Source of the DNA: Nemertoderma westbladi
Lineage: Eukaryota; Animalia; Xenacoelomorpha
Length of the DNA stretch: 64,000 nt
Direction of reading: 5' to 3'
Assembly: GCA_032718475.1 (NCBI GenBank)
Contig: JAUCBJ010003501.1
Span: 45,812 to 109,811, forward strand
The position numbers and the translations under genes were made by a program. The first letter of the stretch is position 1; each line of letters starts with the position of its first letter. The notes under the pieces were generated by a model. That model had not been told where the DNA came from and did no database searches. It was given only the letters and a program-made list of their open reading frames with translations. Below, piece by piece: positions 41,609-54,951 of the stretch.

Positions 41609-42910
41609 GGTTTGACCGAATCAAACCGGTGCCACTGTTGGTTTGACCGAATCAAACCGGTGCCACTGTTGGTTTGACCGAATCAAACCGGTGCCACTGT
41701 TGGTTTGACCGAATCAAACCAGTGCCACTGTTGGTTTGTCCGAATCAAACCGGTGCCACTGTTGGTTTGACCGAATCAAACCGGTGCCACTGTTGGTTTG
41801 TCCGAATCAAACCGGTGCCACTGTTGGTTTGACCGAATCAAACCGGTGCCACTGTTGGTTTGACCGAATCAAACCAGTGCCACTGTTGGTTTGTCCGAAT
41901 CAAACCGGTGCCACTGTTGGTTTGACCGAATCAAACCGGTGCCACTGTTGGTTTGACCGAATCAAACCGGTGCCGCTGTTGGTTTGACCGAATCAAACCG
42001 GTGCCACTGTTGGTTTGACCGAATCAAACCGGCGCCACTGTTGGTTTGACCGAATCAAACCGGTGCCACTGTTGGTTTGACCGAATCAAACCGGTGCCAC
42101 TGTTGGTTTGACCGAATCAAACCGGTGCCACTGTTGGTTTGACCGAATCAAACCGGTGCCACTGTTGGTTTGACCGAATCAAACCGGTGCCACTGTTGGT
42201 TTGACCGAATCAAACCGGTGCCACCGTTGGTTTGACCGAATCAAACCGGTGCCACTGTTGGTTTGACCGAATCAAACCGGTGCCACTGTTGGTTTGACCG
42301 AATCAAACCGGTGCCACTGTTGGTTTGACCGAATCAAACCGGTGCCACTGTTGGTTTGACCGAATCAAACCGGTGCCACTGTTGGTTTGACCGAATCAAA
42401 CCGGTGCCACTGTTGGTTTGACCGAATCAAACCGGTGCCACTGTTGGTTTGACCGAATCAAACCGGTGCCACTGTTGGTTTGACCGAATCAAACCGGTGC
42501 CACTGTTGGTTTGACCGAATCAAACCGGTGCCACTGTTGGTTTGACCGAATCAAACCGGTGCCACCGTTGGTTTGACCGAATCAAACCGGTGCCACTGTT
42601 GGTTTGACCGAATCAAACCGGTGCCACTGTTGGTTTGACCGAATCAAACCGGTGCCACTGTTGGTTTGACCGAATCAAACCGGTGCCACTGTTGGTTTGA
42701 CCGAATCAAACCGGTGCCACTGTTGGTTTGACCGAATCAAACCGGTGCCACTGTTGGTTTGACCGAATCAAACCGGTGCCACTGTTGGTTTGACCGAATC
42801 AAACCGGTGCCACTGTTGGTTTGACCGAATCAAACCGGTGCCACTGTTGGTTTGACCGAATCAAACCGGTGCCACTGTTGGTTTGACCGAATCAAACCGG
42901 TGCCACTGTT
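41609..42910. repeat. 31-bp palindromic minisatellite, ~42 copies (GGTTTGACCGAATCAAACCGGTGCCACTGTT), in intron 1
   Basis: Near-identical head-to-tail units with an internal stem GGTTTGA-CCGAA-TCAAACC and no spacers. Confidence 0.98.
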
Positions 42911-42953
42911 GCTGTTTATGTTGTAATGTTTCGTTTTCCTGTCTCCTCCCCAG

Positions 42954-43106
42954 GTTCATTAACAGAAGAGGTTGACTACCTTACTTGCGGTAACTGCGGG
43001 GCTGAGTACAGTCTAACAGACATCAAGGAGTTTATTCAACATAAGAACAGTGGATGTGTGGACACGCACGGGGGGAAGTTCAGAAGTCCGAACAAATCGA
43101 TCGAAG
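42954..43106 (+). CDS. BCL11: BCL11-like gene, coding exon 2 (N-terminal CCHC zinc finger, ZnF0)
   Basis: Polypyrimidine tract plus CAG acceptor (42951-42953) and donor AAG|GTATGT (43107); 153 nt, phase 1-1. DYLTCGNCGAEYSLTDIKEFIQHKNSGC closely matches the BCL11A ZnF0 as recalled ([28 protein letters not shown]). Confidence 0.92.
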
Positions 43107-43388
43107 GTATGTTATATGTGTGGACTGGACACACACGGGGGGGAGTTCAGCTGATTTAAGGTATGTTATAACGAATGTGTGGAACTTTATGTAACCGGAA
43201 CGTAATGTAACCGGAAAGTTATGTAACCGGAACGTTACGTAACCGTTATGAATATATGACACGTTTGGAAGGTCAGAATCCAAATCGAGTTTAATAATTT
43301 CCCAGGTTGTTTTCATTTTTCTATATAAGTGGTGAGTGGCCACTAAATGATAGATTAGTGTCTAGCACTATATAACTGGATGTTGCAT

Positions 43389-43440
43389 TGGTGAGGTTGG
43401 CCATTCCTCTAGACAGTAGGTCGCAGGTTCAGCCCCGGTC
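43389..43440 (+). mobile_element. Possible decayed tRNA-derived SINE head
   Basis: A-box-like TGGTGAGGTTGG and B-box-like GGTCGCAGGTTCAGCCCC at tRNA-like spacing; no intact cloverleaf. Confidence 0.3.
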
Positions 43441-43617
43441 TATGGATTCATGTATTGATTGCAATTATGCGGTAGAAATGAAGTAGAAAGTTATTCAGAA
43501 CTAAAGTATGTGGAAACCACAAACACTTTACTAACAAACACGCAATCTAAACATAAATCATCTTTAAATAAATTGGTAGTCATCATATTATTATTAGTTT
43601 CCTAATTAATTATTTTG

Positions 43618-43755
43618 TAACTCAGCAGCATTCACCCTAACTCAGCAGCATTGACCCTAACTCAGCAGCATTGACCCTAACTCAGCAGCATTGACCCTAA
43701 CTCAGCAGCATTGACCCTAACTCAGCAGCATTGACCCTAACTCAGCAGCATTGAC
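43618..43755. repeat. 20-bp minisatellite, ~7 copies (TAACTCAGCAGCATTGACCC)
   Basis: Direct tandem copies visible in the sequence. Confidence 0.95.
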
Positions 43756-46700
43756 GTGCCACCCCACTGCCCCGCCCTCGCTGCCTTTAGGGTATCACCC
43801 AACGGAGTGGGGACGTCCGGTTACCTCTACTCTTACAATCACCGACGTACTTTACTTTACTTTTAGTTTTGTATAAACTGCCCCGTTCTGCATGCATCTG
43901 GCGACCACGTTTATTCGTGTGGTGTGTTCCTGGCGACTCTACGTTAGGGTCCCTCGCCTACCCCAGAGCGACACTGCCTCCTACTTAGAGTTACTTGGGG
44001 CGGGTTGCACGGTTTATTAAGCGCAATGTGTACGACCTCCCGCTCGAATACTACGACTCGCCACAATGCCGAATTGGGGCCCAGACTTTCTATAGGACAG
44101 ATGGTTAATATACCGCCGTGAGAACTCGGTTATTGTGGGGGCCATCCAATTACTAATGAATTACTAACCTCTACATACAATAATAATGCGGCCTAAGATA
44201 AGTAAGTAGTAGAATGGCAAGCTGTAAACACACTCAATGTTTCATTAAATGTTCCGGAATTAATTCTAATTTCATGACATTTTTTAATAATAATAATAGC
44301 AGCAGTTCAGTAGTATTAATTAAGACTAATCAATCCCAAACTCCAAGCTATAATAAGAAAATGTAACATAATATCCAATATTGGATGACTACATGTGTTT
44401 GCCATTCCCACTTGGCTTTCCGCCATGTCCAACTGATATCATATTTGTTCTGCGCCTATGTACAGCTACCTGCGGCTAGCAGTATGCCCGGCAGCCACAG
44501 GTAAGGTCATTGCGCGTGTCCGTGTGGGAGGTGGGCACGCTAAAACCTTACATGGATGGATGTGTAATGTAGATAGAGAGGTGAGCTGGTTTACATCGGG
44601 TTATTGATTACTCCTTGTAACTCGTTAGGATATGGTAGCGAGTCCAGGCCCTGTGGTTGTCAAGGACACGGTGATGCAACACGGTGGTCCATTCTGGGTA
44701 TTGCAGTCAACGAATCCCTCGCAGGTAATGCAGGTGGTTGCGCCTGGTATACCTGCAGCGCAGAGTTTAACTAATATCCCAATGCGCCTAACTTACACTT
44801 ATAGAGGCAGTGTGGGTGAGGCTTGTTTCGGTTGCTAAGGTAACCTGCATCCTCCCTACCGTTGCGTTGGCTGCTTTCATGCTTTAGAAGGATGCTGCCT
44901 TCAGCGGGCAGCAGCGATTACAATTAGACGTGCCTTTACCCAGGTGGGGGGAAGCTGGTCAGTAATAATTCTCCATCCTGCATCCCTACCACCTTATTTG
45001 ACAGCAGTATAGAGGAGGCTACTTCCCTACCTGGGAGGTTCTGGGGTAATAATAAGTCCCCATCGACCAGGCATTCACTGCCCGCTGGACTTCTACCGCG
45101 CGAACGTGTGGCTAATGGCTTCTATGCTTCACGGACGTTGTTTATTAAGGCAACTGTTATTGACCTTCGTCAAACTGACTCAGTAATATTACCCCGAAGT
45201 AACCGATTTGGATTCGTTTGTGTTGGTTTATGGTCCCGATACAATAGGACGCTTTGTACCCAGGTTATAGTTCATGTGTGTCTGTTAATATAACATTATT
45301 TGTTTTGATATTAAATGACACGTTGGGTCTCTTGTTTAAATTTATTTCGCTTTCAATGTGTCGATTTGCCGAACAGAGGCAAATAGTTAGTGATGATTAA
45401 TAGTTCAGATTATTATTCCAACTATCGTCACACTAAAACTTAAAACCAAATACAAAATCAGCCCCAAAATCATTATCATAGATTAGGGTGAGTGACGGAG
45501 ACTTGACTTTAGGGGAGGCTTGATTTTTTTGAATAGCTCTAAAACTATTGTAAATAATTTGACAATACCACACAAAAATGTGTAAACCCTTGTGTAAACC
45601 TCTTTTTCGAAAATATGAATTATTGGATTTAATTATAACTTTTGGGGTTCACCTCACTCATCCTGATCCTTTGGCCTTTAAGTAAGAATTGTATCAACTC
45701 CCTGAAGATAAAGAATACAACTAACTCATCTCCGTAGCAGCAAAAACTTCGTATATTTATTATAAGTTACGCTACCATCAATATCATTGATCTGAATTCA
45801 TCTTCACTTCCCCAGTCGTTATGCATTCAGAATTTAATTTCACCAAATTTCATTTATAGACGCAAACTTTACTTTTACCTAACTGAAGAATTGAACAGCA
45901 GTCCGGTGTCCGAAGATTTACCATAAGTATGCCTAATTCTACAGCCCTGAAATTCCAAATGATTAAGGATAATTTAAAGACTTTTCTTTACGGTAATTTC
46001 AAATTTCCCCATATCACTAATCATAATACTAAATTTGCATTAAGAACAAGAGCTTGTCTTTCCTTTGCACGAAGTTAATTCATACTTAAGAAGAAATTAT
46101 AATACATCGAATAATACTTGAAAAGAAAATTCTTTACTCGATACTAAATTAAATAATGGTTCCGAAAAGCCATTATTTCTACAGTGGCATTTCTTGATTG
46201 GAAACCTCATAGAAGGGGCTAACCTTAACATTATTTGACTTAACATTACAACTGTACTTTAATGTGGTCTAATTAACTCTTACTTACAATTCTAGTCAGT
46301 ATGTCTACTAGGTCGGCGGCGTTACGAACGGGGTATTTTAATGGCTGTGTGGTGGGTCCATCAACCATATAGGAAACCAGCGATAGTCAATAAAGTGGTC
46401 TGCGGCCCTGTTTAAGTAACGGTCCTGCCATATATCCTTTAGTAGGTCCCGTTAATTGTACGAAAACGGGCCTTATTACAGACCAAAAGCGCCCGTATAA
46501 GAGGGGAAGCCCGTAGGGGTATATATGTGTGGCATGTGCGCAGTGTTGGGGGCCTCTCATTGTGTATACGTTGGCCGAGGCAGTGGAATTACTCATTGTC
46601 ACATATGCCTCCTCTCATTATCCAGTTCTGCTTACTGTTACTAGTAACTATGTGGTCTATATAGGTCTTTGAGGGTAATTCCGTGCCAGGGCGCACACAA

Positions 46701-48175
46701 CTGCTTTGTAGATGGCATTGTAGGTCTACGACGAACATATGGGCTGGCTTTGTAATTATTGTGCGTCAGCATAGACCGATGAAGCATATGGTAGGGCTCA
46801 CAACAGAGGCTTTGTTGGGTTGGTATTACCAGTATAATATGGAGTAAGGGAAGGAATCTCATTGGTCCCATATGGAATAAATAGTTATTAGTGCACCGAC
46901 TATGTCTTTGCCGATCTGACAAACTAATAAGATGTTGTTAGCGACTATCCTCAACCAATATTATAGCAAAATTAAATCCCAGAAATGGTAACGTGACTTG
47001 GCGCCAAGGGGCTATGTTTTTGCTGTCTTACTGTGTGATATACTTGCGTTGTATTGTATTAATATTATTGTGCTGGGTTCGCGCTCGTGTCGCGTTTGGG
47101 GGAGGTTCACCTATATTATTAAGCAATATTATTTATAAATTATCTTTTATATAAAAAAAAATACAGCAAATCTAATAATATTTCAACAAATAATTTGCCA
47201 CTAATTTATTTGTGCCACACAAACTTAACCCGTTTCTGACTGATAGGATGAACTATTATTATTTGATATGGAGTAGTTAAGTGCAGACCACTTGCCACTT
47301 ACTGACATTGCATTCCGGATAGAATTTTGGGCAATAAACCGCCGTAATTAAATGGACCTCCAGGTGGCAGGAATGCGTGAGTCACGCGCCTGACCTAGAA
47401 CAGACCCGGGCACACCGCTCTAAGTATCCCATTTCCTTTGCTAATTGACTCATTGGGGCTTTACGTCAAGGATTTAGCTAAAAGCAGTCCAGGCAGGGGC
47501 TTAGTAAATCCAACCGTTATGACTAGTGTAGTGAGTGTGCCTGAATGGCTTCTACCAGAACTCGTATATCAGCACCGACTACCTATCTACCTATCGGGTA
47601 AGTCATTGCCCTACCCTGTTTGCTGCTAAAAGCATGCACTGGTGCATAGCAGTCCAATCAGTGAGGCCAGGTTGCTGCCATGACAACCCGGTTCAAGGTG
47701 CCCCATCCAGCCTGCGTCCTGCCTCTGCTCGCATTCTACCCAATATAAAGTAAGGCACGTGCCTTGGGCTGCTGTGTGCTGCACGCCGTTGTCTTTATTA
47801 TAATTCTCTACCAGGATTCGCTGTTTGCTGTTATATGATCACTGCATTCCCATCCTTACTTACCTAGAAACCCATTACAACCTATGAATTATTACTTGCC
47901 TATCTACCCCTTAATGCTCTCTATTAAACCGCATTATTTATTATTAAACTGCAATATGGATATTTCTTTGTGGTCGACCAACAATAACCCCACGGATAAT
48001 GATTGTGCAGTATTGTCATTGTCCACTCCCTCCCGCTGATTACAAAGATAACTTCATAATGACTCAAAATAAATTAGTTTATAAGTCAGTCAGTTCCACT
48101 AACTAATACCGTAAAGCCGTGGTGCGGTAGTTACGTAAAATTTATTGTTATTATAACGTGGGTTTCATTGTTTTG

Positions 48176-48550
48176 GAGACAACAAACCGGCGACAGCAAA
48201 CAATCTACAGCAGATAACCGACAATAGGCAACCGACAGTAAGGAACCGACAGTAGAGAACGGCAGTAGACAACCGACAGTAGATAACCGACAGTGAGGAA
48301 CCGACAATAGGCAACCGACCATAGTAGCAATATACAACCGACAATAGTGAAACGACTGTAGACAACCGACAGCAGACAGCCGACAGCAGACTACCGACAG
48401 TAGGAAACCGACAGTAGAGAACCGACAGCAGACAACCGACAGTAGACAACCGACAGCCGACAGTAGACAACCGACAGCCGACAGTAGACAACCGACAGCA
48501 GAAAACCGAATTCTCAGACAGCCGACAGCAGTAACCGAGAGCAGACAACC
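48176..48550. repeat. Degenerate 7/14-bp tandem repeat (GACAACCGACAGTA-like), followed by (CTA)n at ~48594-48617
   Basis: Repeated AACCGACAG/GACAGTAG units, which produce the LLSAVGC and CRLSTVG pseudo-ORFs. Confidence 0.85.
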
Positions 48551-48927
48551 TACCAGACTTGATGTATGCTGCCGGTTGCTGGTTTGTGTCTGACTACTAC
48601 TACTACTACTACTACTAGGATCGGCATGCTGCATTGCAACTGCATTATATATATTACATTGGCAGATTTGGTGTTATGGGATTAAAGCGAATTAAAAAAT
48701 TTTTAAGGCACCAAATCAAATTTGATTGATATTATCACCTAGATACATGAGTGGTATTTTTGATGGGCTACCCTAACTGTTTGTTCCCGGTGATCATTCC
48801 TTCTAATACGTAAGGGAAAGGCATGGGCAGCCTTTAATAAGCTTTCCAGGATTTGGAAGTCACCGAGAATTAATCGGAAACTTAAGGTCCGATTATTTAG
48901 AGCAGCAGTAGTTCCAGTACTCCTCTC

Positions 48928-49290
48928 ACAAGAATGCTACGCCGGGTTCATTGTGTCAAGTACAATGCACACATCTCCAACCAGACACTATATAACATTG
49001 GAGGTGTCTCATTGGTTCCCCCAAGCTTGTCACTAGAACAAAATCGCCTCCGCTTTGCAGGACATTGCTTTCGCCGTGAGGACCAGCCAGTGCATAATCT
49101 TGTACTTTGGCAGCCTCATGGAGTGAATAAGCATGGTGGACAGCCCATGATGTTCTTGAGACGCATATTAAAGGACACTGGTCTTGAAGATGCGGATGAT
49201 CTAGCAAATGTCATGGGTGATAGGGAGTTGTGGCGGCACAATTTTGTCGACAAGCCGGCACAGCTATTGGTTGATAAAAGATAAAAGATA
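48928..49290 (+). mobile_element. 5'-truncated RTE-clade LINE 3' fragment (C-terminus of the RT ORF plus short repeat tail)
   Basis: RMLRR...HISNQTLY...NRLRFAGHCFRR...LVLWQPHG...DTGL...MGDRELWR matches the characteristic RTE ORF C-terminus (RLRxAGHxxR, W, DR..WR). Ends in a GATAAAA-repeat tail; no RT catalytic core is present. Confidence 0.85.
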
Positions 49291-49375
49291 TGTACAATTA
49301 TTATTCACAGTCGTTCGCCTCATAAAATATAATGATTTCCGAAAGTGTTATATTTCCTTTGTTTATTCTTTGTAG

Positions 49376-49567
49376 AAGAAGGTCCATTCACCTGTAGCAT
49401 TTGTTTGGGTATCTTTGTTTCTGCCTTTCGACTTATCCACCACGCTCAAACCGTTCACAGTATCGGTATCTGCAGCGAGTCACCTAGGAAACAAGATCCC
49501 CGTATCCATGATACCAATAGCGACAGTGGGGATAGTGCCAACGATATACCCCTTCAGTTAGACCTAG
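49376..49567 (+). CDS. BCL11: BCL11-like gene, coding exon 3 (C2H2 ZF1)
   Basis: Acceptor TTCTTTGTAG| (49375) and donor TAG|GTGAGT (49568); 192 nt, phase 1-1. FTCSICLGIFVSAFRLIHHAQTVHSIGI parallels BCL11A ZF1 as recalled ([28 protein letters not shown]). Confidence 0.9.
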
Positions 49568-49576
49568 GTGAGTTGT

Positions 49577-52321
<2,745 letters not shown>

Positions 52322-52461
52322 CTGAAGCGAATAACAAATTTAGCGGAAGAAAAAAACAAGTTGAAAATTCACTTGAAAAAAGTTCAATCTACAAAAACAA
52401 TCTACATGAACATTACATTGGTTATACCAAACAATATATCCCTCTCTCTCCCTCTATACAG

Positions 52462-52629
52462 ACAGCCCAGTGAAACCGGGATCTCCAGATGAATGCTCCC
52501 CCACCTCTGACCTGGGCACCAGTCCTTCAGCTAACAGTCTATGCAGCCCCTCCACTCCCAAGGTCTCAGTTACTTCCATCTCCCATAAAATACGATTCCG
52601 AAAACCTGTTCATGTGAAACGTCGAATAG
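52462..52629 (+). CDS. BCL11: BCL11-like gene, coding exon 4 (Ser/Pro-rich, basic NLS-like end KIRFRKPVHVKRR)
   Basis: Pyrimidine-rich acceptor ...CTCTATACAG| (52461) and donor TAG|GTGAGT (52630); 168 nt, phase 1-1, in the frame of track ORF 52470. Confidence 0.8.
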
Positions 52630-52743
52630 GTGAGTTCCGTTCTAGAATGTACAAACCATTATGTATTCCATTCTAGAATCTGTAATTACCTCGTGTCTTA
52701 ACATTTAAAGTTTTCAGTTTTTTTGAATTAATTTTTGTTACAG

Positions 52744-54365
52744 GGGATATCGTTATAGAGTTCGGCAATGGGGAGGAAGAGAAAACAGAAGAGTCGCAGA
52801 ATCCCGCCAAGTTGATTAAATCCGAGCCAAAAGACGAAGTAATATCCGTCAAAGTGGAACCTATAGACCCTGAAACATCCATTAAGTCAGAACCTATCGA
52901 CCAATCAGAGATGCCGCCCACTAATAACGTCGAACCATTATTATCGCCATGGCGACCTACCTTTAACCTAGCAACGGGAGTTACCTCTATGCCGCCTCCT
53001 AAGATTGCAATACCCCCGCTGGTTGGGGCCCAGACTCACGGTCTACTGCAGATCAAATCGCTGACTCCTGTATCCTTGGTAACCACGCCGCCAACCTCGG
53101 TTACCCCGGCGACGGGGCCCACGCCGATCGCGCCGCTAAAGTTGCAGACCGGCCAACCCAGTCCGGGCGGCACCATACTTATAGGCGGCAGCGCGTTACA
53201 GTTCCCCGGTCTGCAGTCCGCCGGTAAAACCCTGCTGCCTAGCAACCAGTTACCCGGCGGCAGTACGATTCTTTACGCGTCGCCGTATCAACCCGCCGGT
53301 AACCTAGCAACCAGCGGCACCTGTACCTACGTGATACCCAGCGGGATGGTCTACCAACAACCGATGTTCCTTCAGGCGCTAGGGGGCGCTGTTGGCTCCT
53401 CCGCCGGCACCACATTCCTTACGGCGCCGCCATCGTCAGCCCTGCCGCTAGGTGGCGTCCTGAAACCCATCGCTTCCCAGACTGCCACCTCCGTCACTAC
53501 CGCGTTGCCGTTGGCTGCCTTATCGAGTATCTCGTCAAATCTCTCTACGAGTTTCGCCACAACATACCTGACACCTCCATCGTTAACGGCATCCATCCCC
53601 ACTGGATCCCTAACCACAGCATCCCTAGCCATCCCTCCCGCATCCCTTACAATCCCTCCTACATCCCTTACGATCCCTCCCGCATCCCTTACAATCCCTC
53701 CTACATCCCTTACAATCCCTCCTACATCCCTTACAATCCCCCCCACAGCCCTTACCCTCCCTCCCTCAACCCTCCCCCTCTCCGCTCTATCCACCCTGGC
53801 CGCCAACCCTCCCACCCTCATCCCCATGCGTGCCCCGACCACCTCCACCCCCACCCTCCCCATTATCTACCCCTGCTCCGTCCCCTTCGATCGGAAATCC
53901 ACCGCGCCGCTCCCCACCTTCGGATTGGCCACCTCCAGCAACGCCCACATCCGGGCCCTTCTGGAATCCAACCCGACACCGCCATCTAGCGGTGGCGTCA
54001 CCAACATCCGACCTATTTCGGTACTTCCGTCCACCGCCGCTATGCTCAAGGTGAAACTCGACCGGAAACTAATCCCTCCGATCGATAAGGAGTCGAACCG
54101 CAGGAAATCCGCAGCGACGTCTACCCCGGTTGCTCCGGAGACGCCTAGAGACGACACGGTCGCTATGGAGACGTCGCCCGTGGGTCAGCTGACCCCAGAC
54201 GGTTCGGATTCCTGGTCCGGGGGCTCGCCCGGGAAGGCCAAGTACCAGTACGGACAGCTGCGAGCGTGTCCGCACTGTACGTACCGGACGATGGACAGGT
54301 CCAATCTACGGAGACATATGCGTCGACACACAGGTGAGCCAAAGCTCCCCCCACTGTTGGTCTGA
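52744..54365 (+). CDS. BCL11: BCL11-like gene, coding exon 5 (SUMO-site cluster, Pro/Thr-rich low-complexity region, C2H2 finger). Ends at stop 54365 or at a donor after 54333.
   Basis: Acceptor TTTTTGTTACAG| (52743), phase 1, in frame with the 517-aa ORF, GC-rich coding-like sequence. Contains IKSE/VKVE/IKSE and CPHCTYRTMDRSNLRRHMRRHTGE. Summed exons 85+153+192+168+1622 = 2220 nt = 739 aa plus stop. Confidence 0.85.
53590..53770 (+). repeat. In-frame 21-bp coding repeat (P[AT]SLTIP)n within exon 5
   Basis: ATCCCTCC[CG/TA]CATCCCTTAC[A/G] units, 5 near-perfect plus degenerate flanking copies. Confidence 0.9.
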
Positions 54366-54951
54366 TTACAGACGGAGTAGAATCTATTGGGGCGGCTCTA
54401 TTAAGGGCGGCTCTAATAATCGCTTTTTTGGCAAGATTTTCCTGTGTGAAGTTTCCTATAGAGTCTTTTAAACAATGTCATATTGACTAGTTAATAATTA
54501 TTAGCTAAGTATATTAATAACCAATAGAATTTACTACTTCGTCTCTTAATCATTCATTATGTAACAACTTGTGGGCGGCGAATTTCTTAGACTGTTAAAT
54601 TTCAACTCAAATATTTATATGGAATAAACTTGTGTTCCAATCGCTGAATGTCATCTTAGTTAATTTCTCAAAAACCGACAAGCCAACTTCCAGGGAATTA
54701 TTTACATTATCAATTATCTATCCTCTACAGGCAGGCAGGCAGGCAGGTTGGGCTCTAAATTCCCTCTAAACTTATTAAAGAAAGCTACTTATTCTATATG
54801 CCGTTGTGCCGTTGTAGGCCTATATACTTGCGTTAACGATGTAATCGGATTTCTCTATTTTTATATTATTACTTGCTGACTTGAGAATGGGCCTAGGAGC
54901 TCGAAATCGATCCTAATAAACACTTTGTTTTATAAGTTTAGAGGGAATTTA

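Noticed and set aside
41609-42910. CRISPR array or 83-aa ORF in the 31-bp repeat
   Set aside because: No spacers; the ORF arises only from +1 variant units that remove a stop.
43618-43755. Interstitial telomere (CCCTAA)
   Set aside because: Only one CCCTAA per 20-bp unit; no (TTAGGG)n run.
44632-47753. Small ORFs in intron 2 (44632, 45108, 46387, 46641, 47438, 47535)
   Set aside because: No recognisable domains and no consistent strand or splice-phase chain that I could establish.
48131-48634. 167-aa and 127-aa Cys/Leu-rich ORFs
   Set aside because: Translations of a degenerate 7/14-bp tandem repeat and (TAG)n.
52673-54354. Minus-strand and alternative-frame ORFs over exon 5
   Set aside because: Shadows of a GC-rich coding exon.
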